64,000 bases of DNA from Dicyema japonicum (GCA_011109175.1 RDEW01000006.1:1047184-1111183); one strand, 5' to 3'. Positions 49,500 to 63,170 are shown, counted from the first letter of the stretch. Notes: generated from the letters alone by a model not told the origin. A program made the numbers and translations.

Positions 49500-51626
49500 C
49501 ATAATGCAATTTTTACAATTATTTTTTGCAATTTTGGACAACGCGGGGATCTCAGGCGGACCACGCAATCCAACCGCTGATACTTACAAGATTTTATTGG
49601 AGAAGCATCCACCCTCTCTGAATGACCTACGCCACTGTTCACCCCCATCAAAAGTGACCCCTTTGTCCACGTCGTCTGAGGATGTCATCAGTGGAGGTCT
49701 CGATGACTTAAGGCCCGTCCATCTTAAAGACCTTATTTCACCGACTATTGGAGGCCAAGCATGTCGTCTCTTTTTCTCACTCACTTCTCTTATGAACAGG
49801 AAATTATCTGGACATTTGCCTGATTTGATACGTCATATCTTGTTTTCGTCTAGTCTGATTGCGGTCGACAAGAAGGGAGGTGGTATCCGTCCGATCGCGG
49901 TCGGAGAACCGCAGCATTCAAGACTTTAAAAAACACATTATAGTAAAGCTGGACATCAAGAACGCTTTTAACAGTTAAGAAGAGACTGCATTCTAGAGGC
50001 CTGCAAAGATAATGTCCATATATATTTAAACTGGTCAACTATTCATACGGAAAGCCTACATCTCTATTGCACGGGATTTCATGGTTTCATCGTCCTCGGT
50101 GTTCAACAGGGCGACCCCCTCGGACCACTATTGTTCTCCCTCGGAATTGAGAGGATTACGAAGCTCTCTCGATGCCCACTCAACATCTGGTACCTCGATG
50201 ACGCTGTCCTAGGAGATCTTCCGGAGATGGTCTTCCAGGAGTTGGAAGTACCATCCCCGCGTTGTCCAAGGTGGGTCTTGAATTGAATACAACAAAATGT
50301 GAAATAACAAACTGTGGTCTTGCTGACGATGACTTCTCTACGATTGTTCACAAAATTACTCCTTGTTTCCTGGTGGGATTTCGACCCCTGAAAACGAATT
50401 GATTTTTTTGATCCTCGATCACTAGGAATGCGATGAAGCATGTCCTCCTTGACAAAAAACAACTCCTATGCGAATCGCTGAACAGATTACAGCTACTTGA
50501 TTCACACTCAGCACTATTCCTCATGAAAAGAAGTCTTAACATTCAGACAATCGCCTATTTACTAAGGACAGCCCGTACTATTCCCAATTGGAACAGCTTG
50601 AGCACTTTGATTTGTCTCTCCTCAGATCGACGGAGCAAATATTTAATGTCAAATTTTACGATGCTACATGGAAGCAAGCTACACTCCCAGTTAGATTTGG
50701 GGATCTTGGAATCCGTCATACTTTACGTCTCACTTCCTGCACATCTGTCTTCACTTACGGCTTGCGAATTTTTGATCAGGAATGATTCTACACTCCTTAC
50801 CCGAATTCTCAATTGACCAAGACATAATCCACGCACGAAAAGCCTGGAATGCCCAACCTCCCCTGCCTCCTTCACAAGACTGCCAGCGAAACCTGGACAA
50901 TTTATTGTGCTGGAAATCATTTGGACTCCTACTGGAATCGGCCAATCAGCACCGACGCGCTTGTTTGCTTTCGGGGGCTTCCTAAAAACTGAACTTGGCT
51001 AAACGCCATCCCAAATGGAGCTCTGGGCACTTTTTGGATAATGAATGCGTTAGAATGGTATCTCTCTGCGGCTGGGACCGAAAGTATGTGTACTCACCCG
51101 TGCCGATGTGGTCCTGATAGACTGTTATGGCCTGCACCCTCTCGCCTGCAAGAGGAGCGCTGGCAGATCTCCAAGGCACAAGGCTCTGAATGAGATTGTC
51201 AAACGGGCTATGGATGCTGCTGGATACTCGGCCATTCTTATGCAGAAGTGATGGGAAACGACCGGACGGGATGACCATATTTCCCTTTGAGGCCGGGAAA
51301 CCACTTGTTTGGGACGTGACATGTAAAGACACGTTCGCCCCGAACAATCTTCACGAGTGCGCTTCAAGGGCCTGCTCTGCAGCCGTCAAGGCGGAGAAGG
51401 CCGAACTCGAAAAATCGGCGACCTTCCCGATAATGTCCAATTTGTTCCTCTTGCTATGGAGACTTCCGGATCCTACTCCCCCTCTACACTAGAGTTTTTC
51501 AGACGTCTTGGAAATCGGATCACCTCATGCACTGGAGATCTTTGCGAACGCCGCTGGCTGTTTGACCGAATTTCGCTCGCAATTTTGAGAGGGAACAGCC
51601 ATGCAGTGAGGGCGGCAGCTATCTAA
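49500..51626 (+). mobile_element. CRE-like non-LTR retrotransposon (RT plus RLE), frameshifted
   Basis: LRPVHLKDL, KGGGIRPIAVG, GVQQGDPLGPLLFSL, WYLDD, RPDGMTIFPFEAGKPLVWDVTC and METSG..DRISLAILRGN. Confidence 0.9.
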
Positions 51627-51649
51627 TGTTTTGTCCTTGTCATTTTTAA

Positions 51650-53900
51650 TAAAAAAATTTTATCCCAATATAAATTATGATGGGTACGATAAAGCATTTG
51701 TACATCTTTACTTTTTCACTGAGCTTTCTACCCAATCTAGGTTTCCAAAAGCATTAAAAACAAGGATTTGCAGGCTACTTCTTCCACATCCACCAAGAGC
51801 GATCCCATCTTATTTCGTATTCTCCACGTCTCGTCAGATTTCCTCTCTGCACGGCTGAATGGTGTAAACTTTGTTTTGTCAGTGTTTATCTTTAAGAACC
51901 ATTTTTGGAATATATATGGAAGATACTCGTTTATTAGTATTATTAACCCCAAGCTTACCATTGTAAGCCCATCACAAACAGTCATAACTAACTAATCCAA
52001 GGAAGGAACCAAAGGGAGAACATCTTCTTGTGCCGACCAATACTCGTTTACGCAATTGAAACATTCAGCATCCTCAGATATAAATTCAAAATCATAAATC
52101 TTTTCGTTAGCCTTTAATCGACGATCTTAGTCTCTCAACGCAGCCTCGAAATAAATAACGAAAAGAATAGCGACAGAGAGTCTCCTTGTAGAACTCTTTG
52201 TGTTGTTTCAGAAAAGATAGAGGTAGAATTTCCTAGATGAGTATCTTCTAGCAGAATGGAGATCATTCTAACATCATGGGAAAGGTTTTCAAAATTTTAA
52301 TGAGTATTCCTCTGGACAGAATCTAATTATTATTAATTTATTGAACAAAAACCACCGTCATATACAAAATAACAAAATTTCAGGTGATCCCAGCTTCTCT
52401 CAACAGTCTCCGCATCTTTTTTCAGTATTCAGACTGCTTTCCTGCGCATTTTCCTGACATGACGAGTCTCCACCGGAAAAGTGCCTGGATGTGTATGAAG
52501 AGCCATCCAGGAGGAACTCCTCTGGATGGCCGTTGACAAATGGTTCTTTTCGGATACACTATAACATGCATCTGACGTCACCATACAAAGAGAACCACAT
52601 GACGCAGACTAATTAAGTGAATTAGGAACAGACAAACAAAACAGAAACTTTAATCAATTAGCCACGAAGCACCACATGGCGCCACATAACGCACGAGACA
52701 TGTCAATCCCGAATATTTTTGGCATAAACTCCAGACCATCTGTGTGTCCAGACATCGTCAGTGGTAGACCTTCCTTTTCTGAATGCACATTGTCCAGGTG
52801 ATAAGAATTTGTTGACTTTATTATTGATTCAATGTAATAATAAAAAGTGTTTCCGTAAGGTCGACAATAAAATAATTGGTCTTAGGTTACTTGAAGAACC
52901 TCTAGATTTTACAGGTTTCGGTAGAGGAATGTCCCAATTCCAAGATCACCTTTGTCTTCAATAGCTTTGTTAAGTATGAAAGTGTTTCAGCCAATTCAGT
53001 AGGTCCAAACTTGATACTAGACTGGATATTGTCCGGTCCAGCCGCTCTCTTACATTTTAGTTTTTCTATTGCTTTAAGAGTTTCCAAGACACTTATAGGA
53101 CAATCAGGTGGATGTATAGGTTTTTATGATTTTTTCCTTCAGATCCATAATTGTTGAAGATGTCATAATAGGCAGAAACTATATTCACATTTTCAGTGTC
53201 GTTGCTGTTCGTGTTGGTCATGAATAACTGTTTCCCAACCTTTTCTTTTTGTTAATAATCATTTTTTCCTCAATCTGTTTGTCCACTTTCTTTTCACTTG
53301 ATGTTTTTGAAGTTTTTTGATTTTCTTAAAAATGATGTTACTCTTTTCATACTCGTATATTTGAATTTTAATTCTGAAGTTATTTTGTTCTGCTGATAAA
53401 GAGGATACTTCTTTATTTTAACGAGGAGTGACCAAAACCAATGCCGCAGTATTCTTCAGTGTGACTTCAATGTCAGTCCACAAATCCCCCTATTATTTAC
53501 CTTACTTATAGACGTTTCAAGACCATCATAAGATTTCAAGTTTCGTATGTTTTTGTTACTTCTACACAATATTTAGTCGATTTGGTTGTATGTTTTAATC
53601 AGGATCCCATTTTGTCTTTCTTGAACAAATCCAGGTAGTCTTATGTCTTGATGGATGATAAAGGCAGTATTCGTAATAAGTTGTAGGATTGCAGAATTGG
53701 ACTAATGAAAAATCAGAGGAATTTCGATGGTTCCGAGTATGCGGTCCAATACAAGTCTCATCATTCCGCGTTCTACCAACTCTGGCATTCAATCTCAATC
53801 AATGAACGTCACAAATAATGACTAATGTGTTCCAGTCAAGCATAAATTGAACGCACTGAGCTCGAAAGCCGCTTACTAATTTATACCACGATAATCCTTC
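51650..53900 (-). mobile_element. RTE element (APE-RT), heavily decayed
   Basis: LNARVG..CIGPH..HPSRHKTTW (APE), KRAAGPDNI, and KWFLKINTDKT..WR..KMGSLL. Confidence 0.8.
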
Positions 53901-54363
53901 TTAGATTTAAACAAAATAGTTTTCAGGATACTAAACTACCTATAATGTAAATAATCCTATCTCTTTTCCTAACACGTGACATATTCTTTAACAGTCCTTA
54001 CTATATTTATGGTTGAGATACGAACGCATTATTTTCTTGGATAGACATTACAGTGCACTTAATGTCTTCATCTCCCAAAGATGGATATAACTTTTTCCCT
54101 TTTCTTAATGGACTCGGAAGAAATCGTAAACTCAAAACTTTGAAATCAAAAACAATCGATCCAAAAATGCCAGGTTCGATTACTTTCAGTTCCTAATTGA
54201 ATGATTTTGAGTTAAGTTACACAGGTCTCACTAAGTTTTAGGCGACCAAGGAGAAATAAGAGATCAGATATTTTATAATACAACCTAATTAATAAAATGT
54301 AAATATTATTAATGTTAAATAAAATATTTTTATTTAAATAGTTCATAAAGTGTATAATACATA

Positions 54364-55177
54364 ATGGCTGTCCTTGAGTTCCTTAGTTGTCTTTTACTTT
54401 CATTTTCTCCACCTACTGTCGTTTTCTTCTGTTATATTGCCAGGAATCCCTTCCGAGTGATACTCTTCATTTGCAGGTTTTATGGAAAATCACCCCTAGT
54501 TGCATCTTCTGGATATTTGCCGTTAACTTATCTGCCATTATTTGGTACATCGGCAGAAACGGAAAAAACCAACTTTACGTTTCAGCGTTTTTTTCGGTGA
54601 TCTTTCAAGAATTGGCCAGAATTGTGACTATAAAGCTAACCATGTTGACTTTTTAAGCATTCTAGAAAATTCTTCGAATTTGCTAAAGCAGAAGTGAGCG
54701 AAAAAAACATGATGAAGCTCTCCTTAGGTTCCCTCTTTACTCATTCCAGTGACCGGCTGTGCCTTCGGGACACTGAACACCTTTTTGAGGATGTCGAACA
54801 TTTTGTCATCTCTCAACGGTCCAGGGGGCTTCGGAATCAACGGACTGGGTTACAAGTTCCCTCTATATTCTGGTCAGTGCTCTGTTTACTCGGTAGCGTT
54901 GCTCTCTGTGGGATTCTTCCTACTGAACATATTTTGGAGTTATTTTATATGGTTGGGGCTCAGGAAGAAGGACCTGTGTAGATTTTTTTACCTCTCTCTC
55001 ACCACTACCGTTCTCCACCTCATTTCATCGATATGCGTATGTATTGTATTTATTGTAAGACATGGCTTTCTCAGACTTATTGGAATGAGCTGTTGTTTGC
55101 TGTCTGCTTTGTTTACGCTGTCCTTATTCCACTTCAACTTGTCGTTATTTGGTACTCATTTCGCACGGGAAATTTAA
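54364..55177 (+). CDS. APH1: Gamma-secretase subunit APH-1
   Basis: MAVLEFLSC..FSPP..NPFRVILF, FSVIFQELAR, NILSSLNGPGGFGING and LLNIFWS. Has micro-introns. Confidence 0.88.
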
Positions 55178-55293
55178 TCTAATTATTAATTATTTTGATA
55201 AATTTATTTTTAATTTATTTGGATTTTAGTAGATTGTTGTTGACTGTTTGATCTATTTTTTGAATATCTACTTATTGGATTAATTTTGTTGGA

Positions 55294-57185
55294 ATGACTA
55301 TCAACTCTGTATTTTGGCCTGTTGGAAGGATCTTTATGTTTTTTAGGCGGAGTATCCCTACTACGCATTACACCGTGGTCCCCAGAAGTAGCGATTCTAG
55401 ATGGAAGGGTTTGCCTTTTTTGCTTATAAAGATGTGAACATGACTCGTGAAGGGGATGATTTTGACGTTGTCATCGTCGGTGGAGGTGCTTCTGGACTTT
55501 CTACAGCGATTAAACTGAAGCAATTATCATTGGAGAAGGACAGAGAACTCCGTGTTTGTGTTCTTGAGAAGGGAGCTTATATTGGCGCACATTCCCTTAG
55601 TGGAGCCTGCTTTGATACTTCTGGGATGGACTCCATCTTCCCAAATTGGAGGAAAGACTTTGATGTTGTATTTTTGATTATTCTAGCCTTCACCACTGAA
55701 AACGTTAATCACAGAGGAAAAACTATGGTATATCACTAAATGCCGGGCGTTTCCTCTCCCAATAATTCCAGGAAGCAATTTGTGCAATCGGGGGAACTAT
55801 TTGATCCGATACGGGCACCTCAATGGTTGGTTAGGCGACCAGGCAGAGAAACTGGGTGTGGAAATTTACCCTGGATACGGGGCCTCTGAGGTTTTGTTCA
55901 AAGAAGGCACTGTGGTTGGGGTTGCCACAAATGACTTGGGAATCAATGCTCTTGGGGCACCAAAGGACAACTTTGAACGTGGAATGGAACTAAGGGCCCC
56001 AATCACGGTTTTTGCTGAGGGTTGTCACGGGCATTTAAGCAAACAACTCATCAGTAAATTCAAACTGAGGGATGACTCGGTTCATCAAACCTACGGGATT
56101 GGACTTAAAGAGATCTGGGAGGTTGATCCTCAAAAGCACATTCCAGGCAGGGTTGAACATCTTGTTGGCTGGCCTTTGGTCTTTTTTCGAGTTATCTCAA
56201 GGATTCCAAGACATACGGGGGATATTTTATTTATCATTACGGGAACGAGGGTACTGACTCAAATTTGGTTGGAGTTGGGCTTGTGGTGGCTCTGGATTAC
56301 AAAAATACATATTTGTCTCCATTCCAGGAACTCCAGCGCCTCAAACTTCACCCATATATGTCCAATCTCCTAACTGGGGGAAAACGAATTTCTTATGGAG
56401 CACGTGCTATTAATGAGGGTGGATATCAGGTTGAGTGATGATATCAAAATTCTTAGAGTCTTCCAAAGTTAGTGTTTCCTGGGGGACTGTTGGTCGGTTG
56501 CAGTGCTGGATTCCTTGACGCAGCAAAGGCCAAAGGAATTCACAATGCCATGAAAAGTGGGGTCATCGCGGCGGAATCCATATTTAAATACATGGAATCC
56601 TCACGTTGATGGTTTGATTATTCTAATAGGCCATGATCGCGTTATCACTGAATATTCTGTTGCCATAAACGAGAGTGATGTGATGAAGGACCTCTACAGG
56701 GCCCGGAATTATAGACCTTCTTTCAAACATGGGCGATCTCTGGGGATTCTTTACACTGGGACTATTTATCATTTGTTCAAGGGAAAAGAACCCTGGACAC
56801 TGAAGCACAGCAGAAAACCAGACTATGCTTGTTTGGAGGAGACTGGGACTCCTATTGAATACCCTAAACCTGACGGAAGACTGTTATTTGATTTGATGAG
56901 CTCAGTGGCTTTAACTAATACTAATCACGTGTCTGACCAACCGGCCCATCTAACTATAGTTGATGAGAAGGCCACAATGTCTACTAATCTCCCCAAGTAT
57001 GACGGACCAGAACAAAGGTTTTGTCCGGCTGGAGTTTATGAGTATATTGAGGGAGAGAAGGGACCTAAACTTCAGATAAACTTTCAAAATTGTATTCACT
57101 GCAAGACGTGTGATATTAAAGATCCATCTCAGAGTATAAATTGGTCACTCCAGAAGGTGGTGGTCCTGCATACGATGGAATGTAA
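55294..57185 (+). CDS. ETFDH: ETF-ubiquinone oxidoreductase; apparent 1-nt deletion near 57144
   Basis: [59 protein letters not shown] and [13 protein letters not shown]. The alternate frame gives the conserved end [12 protein letters not shown]. Confidence 0.93.
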
Positions 57186-57907
57186 TCTCTAACAAATTTA
57201 TTTTAATTATTTACTTATTTTATCAATGCTTTTTGGGAAAGTTTTTAATCGAAATCTACCTACAAAGTTTACGAAATACTTAATGGTGATCTGAGGTTGT
57301 ACAGAAAACACTAAAAGAGTTGGTGTTTTGAAGTTCAAATAAAAGAGGGTGGAAGAGATTGGCATCCAGGATCATCATTTTGGCGCATGTATAATTATAG
57401 ATTCTATTTCTGTTACTCATAATAATATTTATAAAGTTTTTACTGTCGAGTTGGAGAGAGCCATCTTACTATCTCATCCTTGAGATACGTACAGGTGTTC
57501 GTTTCTTTTTCCTCATATTCATTCCAGAAAGTGTCAGAGTGAACCAACAATTAAGATTCCTGCATGCGAGACCTTTATTTGAAAACGGCTTATAGTTGGT
57601 GAGTCACGGAAACACCACTATAGATTGTGTAGAGTTAATAAAATAGAAAATAGCTACTTTTGTAGTTCATTTGAATGATTTTAGAATAATATATGAATAC
57701 TTTTGGATTGGTGTGTAGCTATAATTCATTCCAAAAGAAAATTCCACCAGCACCAGAGTAAAGGACGAAAAGGTCCAGTCTTATGAACCTCTGCAACGGA
57801 TAATCAACTTTTAATGTTAATTATTTTTGTGTTAGAAAATAAAACTTAATATATTCAATTTTCAAAAATTTAAAATAGTTAATTTGAGGCTTTGTGGTGA
57901 CTTTTTA

Positions 57908-58378
57908 ATGAGTCCAGATGATGTGTACAGAATATCTACACAACTCAACAATTTTCTATTGGCCACTTCATCTTACTGCAACGCTCTTATGAAGTCTGTT
58001 TCCAAAAACTTGACTTTGTTTGATGCTCGACTTGACAAACTCGACGCCACCCTTTCTATTCTCGAGGCACGTGTCTCCTCAATTCCGACAGAAGAGATAA
58101 AAGAACCACTCAAGACTCCGGAAACAGTTGAGAATGTGACCAAACCAGTTGAAGAGGTTGCCAAACCTGTCGCAAATGGAATTCTTGTGAAGGACGACCC
58201 AAGATTTGCTCCCTACTTCAAACGTCTTCGCTTGGTTTTGATGGTTTGATTATCTTAAGGGAGTTCCTTATGATGCTGTAAAACATATAATGGTCACTCA
58301 CGGTGTTGATGCCTCATTTTTGGAGTAACATAATTGCTTATTTTTAGTAAAGGAGAAGAGTTGGCCCCACCAGAATAG
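57908..58378 (+). CDS. WASHC3: WASH complex subunit 3 (CCDC53)
   Basis: LNNF..RLDKLDATLSILEARVSSIP..VKDDPRFAPYFK..GVP..GVD. Two micro-introns. Confidence 0.8.
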
Positions 58379-59269
58379 TTATATTTTGTTTACTTATTTT
58401 CTAAAGAAATTATATTTTTAAGGTCTCTTAGTTTTGAATCCACTCCCTGGCTAGTTGTTGAATGTTTACCTCTGTTCTTTCTGTCCTTTTTTACTACTAG
58501 GTTACCATCACATGATCCATCTGCTTCAGGTGTAAGTGCCAGCGTAGCACAAAAAGGATCATTTGTCCTTCTCTATTGGGTCTCCATAATTCAAAAGACT
58601 GATTGTTCCTTTCCTTTTTCGTTATATCTGATAATCGTGTGTGTGCTATTGGAAGGTCTATTTTTCTGTGACTGGGAACCGAATATATTAACTTTCTTCT
58701 GTGCTTCGAAGATTAATAAATGTGGGATCATCAGTTCTTACTCCCGACTCATCATTTCAAGGACACGTGTGATATCGTCATCTTTGGGTGATTTGCAAAA
58801 GACTGTTAAAAAGTACACAAACATCGTAAATTCAAAGTCCCTAACAAATAGTGTTAGATGAACAAGTATTCTGACTCGAATTGAATGAACTCAATAAATA
58901 TTTAACAGATACAACCAGCACAATTTTTTTACCTAAAACTATTTTGCTTTAGTTTTTGCCACTCAAAAATTGAAAGACCTCCTAGAATCAGCGCCTCCAG
59001 ATCAATGATCCCAAAGACCGTCAGTGTAGAACTCATTCATATACGGTGTGGACATAACTCATCTCCGATTGGAAGATAAGTTCGTGACTTTATTACTAGT
59101 CCTGAACGACGATCCTTACGGCCCTCCAGAGAACATTCCAGAAAATTTCTTTTTTTTCAAAAACCAAACCTGCATCGAAAGAATTCACGTCTTCTGTCTA
59201 CCAGAGGGATAAGGGTCATTGGAAACAACAAAATACTAAATGCATACTTTCTATGATCATTCCACCACA

Positions 59270-59530
59270 AGACCATCAGAATGGACCCACTAATCAACGG
59301 TATGGACATCATCCATATTTGTAAAGTTAGGGATGTCTTTGCTTGCCATAAGACTAGACATGAAAGTAGAGGATATCTGTTTCATAACAGTCACCCATTT
59401 GTTGCAGTGTATCCAGTTTCCACTTCTACAGAAACAGAGTCCATCCGGAATCAACATAAAGGGTAACTCGATGGACAGTTCATTTTTGAGCCAGTCGCCA
59501 TGGAAACGTCAGGAATCATAGGAAGCTGAT
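59270..59530 (+). mobile_element. CRE-like fragment
   Basis: FEPVAMETSG near 59485, with CRE-like context upstream. Confidence 0.45.
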
Positions 59531-59602
59531 CATGCAAAACAGAATCGGATCGGTCATAAAATAATTAAAAATGAATAATAACCAAAATTAAAAAATATAC
59601 AG

Positions 59603-60704
59603 TCAATCGTCATCAGAAGAAATAACCTTTCTTTTATTCGTTTTCTGTCCAAATCCAGAGGAATCAGAATCCTCGTCAGTACTCTCATAGTCGTCATCTA
59701 TGTCAATTCAACACATTACATTTTCTTCTCCTCGATGTATGGGAATACTCACTTTCGTACCCCTCACGGACAGATCCTTCTGGAATACTGAATGAGTGGG
59801 AAGGAAGGAGACGATTTCGACTCCTTCTTTGACTGTTCTCCAGTTTGGCCTCCGCCCTGTTCTTCTCCTCCTCTTTCTTCACTAAATACTCAAATACACC
59901 TTCGCCAGCTCCATTCTGTTGATTTCAGGATTTTCGTCGATTGTTGAAATAAACTTAACTTTCTGACGCTTTGAGAACTGAGAAGCCGCCACGGACATGG
60001 CCATTTTACGGTGAGTCCGACTTTCTGTAGAAACTGGGGTGAAAAGCAGCTTCCGTTCAATCACTGACTGAGCCAGCAGTCCGGTTCCTTGTCTTATAAA
60101 CAAATGGCTGAATTCATTGTCCACATTCACAGAACTCATATCGAAGACCTCGTCCCCCAAGTGAAGGGTCAGACTAAACTCCCACAAATGTTTACCTCCC
60201 GTCTGACCATCGAACCACTCTGGTGTTAGTCTCCTTCACAGGCTCGCCCGTTTTTGGATTTCTTACTATATCTCCTCGTCTGTCAGTTTTGTAACGCCAA
60301 CGGATGACGTTCTCCACCTTAATATGAATCTGGGTAATACTCTGAGTTTCAGTTTTGACTCATCCTCCTCAGTTTCGTCCTCAAAGTAGGTAGGATCAAA
60401 ACGTCGATTTTCAACGCTCAGGATGTTGGGAAGTTTGGCGATGTACAACATATTACCAAGGTTGCAGGTCATGTTGGGTATCTCGACCTCGATTTCGACC
60501 TCCTGTCTTTCTTGGGGGTTTTCCTGTTAAATTAAAACAGTCTGTACTTTAAAGTCATCTTTAAAAGAATCGTCAGAAAATACATTATCGTTATTCCTGT
60601 CTACTACAATTTCTTCGTCTGTTGAATCGACTATATAAACTAAACTTAAACATTACATTCGTAATTTGGAACTCTATATTATAGCAAATAAAGACCAACC
60701 TCAT
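59603..60704 (-). CDS. LEO1: Paf1 complex subunit LEO1 (short form); exact 3' frame uncertain
   Basis: [40 protein letters not shown] and [10 protein letters not shown]. Three N-terminal micro-introns give a continuous frame from the ATG at 60704. Confidence 0.88.
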
Positions 60705-60839
60705 TCGATATGTTTAAATTTAAATTATTTGTTTTTAAATAAAAAGATAAATTTAATTGTTAACAAAATAAATATAAATTTGGTTAAAGTTAAACTGTTT
60801 AATAAATTAAATTAATAAATTAAATCTATTCAATTTCAA

Positions 60840-61320
60840 CTCCCACGCTAAAGACATGATTACCAGGCCTCCAGAAAATTAACGTTTTACGTGCCCTTGT
60901 CCGGAGGACCACGAGGAACATGGACTTTTCCGTTTCTACCCTCTACCAACAAACAATCGCGCCTGCCGTTGAGTATGCCTCCGTTGCATGGAGATTCGCG
61001 CTATCGGAGGCTATGGTCCAGAGTCAACAATTAGTATGCTTTGCCCACGTAATGGATCAACAGTCGACCCACTACTCATGGAAGCTAAGATCCGTAGTCG
61101 TGGCTCCGGATTTCTTCGCGTCTGTGAGGAAGATGGAAATCCGCTTCGCCTGATCCTTTCCACGGCAAGAGAAAACCGATTGGATAAGAAATTCCCCTCC
61201 CCGATCGGATTCCTCTGCAAGACCGAGAGAAGGCTCTTCCGGAAAGTAGTGGGGACGATGGAAGATCACAGACGTCGAATGGCACAATTGATTACGAGGA
61301 CTGGAATCACCTAACTGTTT
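60840..61320 (+). mobile_element. APE-type LINE post-RT remnant
   Basis: FNSHAKDMI..NVLRALV..TLYQQTIAPAVEYASVAW. Confidence 0.65.
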
Positions 61321-62619
61321 GACTCTTTTGTCTTTCTTTCTTGGTGTTCCCGGGGTTATTAAAATAAAAAAAATTAAATTAAGGGTAATTTGAAGGTTCC
61401 CTTCTGTTAGCTGGACTATTTAATCTGTTTTAATACCATATTCCAATTTTCAATGAGCTAGATTATCTAGTGAACAGTTCTTGGAGTCACGTATGACACA
61501 CCAATGACCTTTACTCATCACCTTAAGAAGTCTTGACCATGGGACTCCAAAAGTAGAATTTGTTCAAGAGAATTGTAAGGAAGAGTCCATGACGGGTGAT
61601 CCTTTTGGCGGGTGATCACGTAGAGGCTGATCGGCTTTTAAGAAGGACATTTCGGTCGAGTTCTTTTGTAGGTATTCAGTGGGAAATTTGAAGATAATGG
61701 TAGGAGAGTTTGGAGATTATGATAGCTGTGATCACTTAATTAGTTATTTTTAACATCTCTCTGGGTTTTCTAATAATAATGTAAAAAACTACAACGACAT
61801 CAATGTATTTATACCTATAAAGTGTCTGAATAGAGGAATTAAGTAATCCACGTTAATTCCTATTTCCGTACTATCGTTCTCGTCGAAAGCTAAATTTGTC
61901 AGAAATTTAATACGAACTTTTACCTTCAGATTTTGAAGTAATTAAGAATTTATTCCAAATTGAGGTAGTTATGTATTCCACCTAAAAGACATTTGAAACT
62001 TAAAACAGAACTAATCCCTCATACCTTCAGCACTAGAAGACTTAAAGATGTGATAGAGACGCAGTCTATGATCGGACATTCAAAAATGGTGGATCGGTAT
62101 GGTGTCTGCAGGAAACATAGATGACAGGCAGATTGCACGAGGAACATGGAAATTATGTGCTAATTCTGCTTTCTCAAATTCGAGAAACTATGATCAAGCA
62201 TTTGTAATAACGACGTTGTCCCAATTTAGTACAGATAATGTAAGTTCTGTGTAATACAATTAAAAATGTAATCTATTGAAAAGTCAAGGAGGCTTATTAC
62301 AATAATTAATGTCTATGTTCTACACAGTGAGCGTGTTATGTGTTAATCCTGAAGAACTTGATTGCATCTACAGGGAATTGGGGAGAACAGTTACAGAACT
62401 TCGATCTTCACATAATCTGATGTTGCAGGAGATTGAAATGAGTCCAAAAGGAAATGAGACCTTTATCGGTAGACATGGAACTTTCATGGATCAACACTTC
62501 CCGACTTATGTCAAGTATTTAGTCTTTTTTTATGCAACATCTGCTTTCAGCACTCATCTCTTAATAAACCACATGGACTGGTTTATTCGGAAAAATAATC
62601 AAATTCGGGGAAAATAATC

Positions 62620-63170
62620 AACATCTTTACTCAAATAGAATACATCATATACTGGTCAGAAAAATAGCTTCTACGGTCTTTGTGTAAAGGAGTGGAGACT
62701 GACAGTGACTTATTGAGGGGTTTCAATCCATCGAGGTCTACTATTGAAGAAAGAGGAAGGATTTCTGGGCTCTGACTCTGTGAAGTCTTTTGATCCAAAG
62801 AGAAGCTAAGATTTCGAATTGCCAAACTATATTAAGAGAATTTGAATATAAAGTAAGTAGTCCTTACGGGGATGCTAACGACGTCGACTTGATATCGAAG
62901 AATAAATCGACTGTTTTTAATGAACTTAAAGATTGTGACGAATGCTTGCATAACGGAATTAGTGGATATCAGAAAAATGGATAGATGAGGATTAAGGAGA
63001 ACCGATAAGATCGAATCCCTATTTGGAGACAATGAGGACATTTTTAGAAGAAAGACCCTTGCTACAACGAGAGAAAACGATCAATTATATCATTCAGACA
63101 AACAACACCTTTGTTAAACCAGTTTTATTGTACAATTCTGCAACGTTAGCCAAGATAGACTCGTTTCATT
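62620..63170 (+). mobile_element. RTE RT remnant
   Basis: DANDVDLIS (resembles YADDVDFIS), ESLFGDNEDIFRRKTLA and FVKPVLLYNS. Confidence 0.6.

Noticed and set aside
59915-59945. IDENPE as another 2A motif
   Set aside because: It lacks NPGP and is part of the LEO1 coding sequence.
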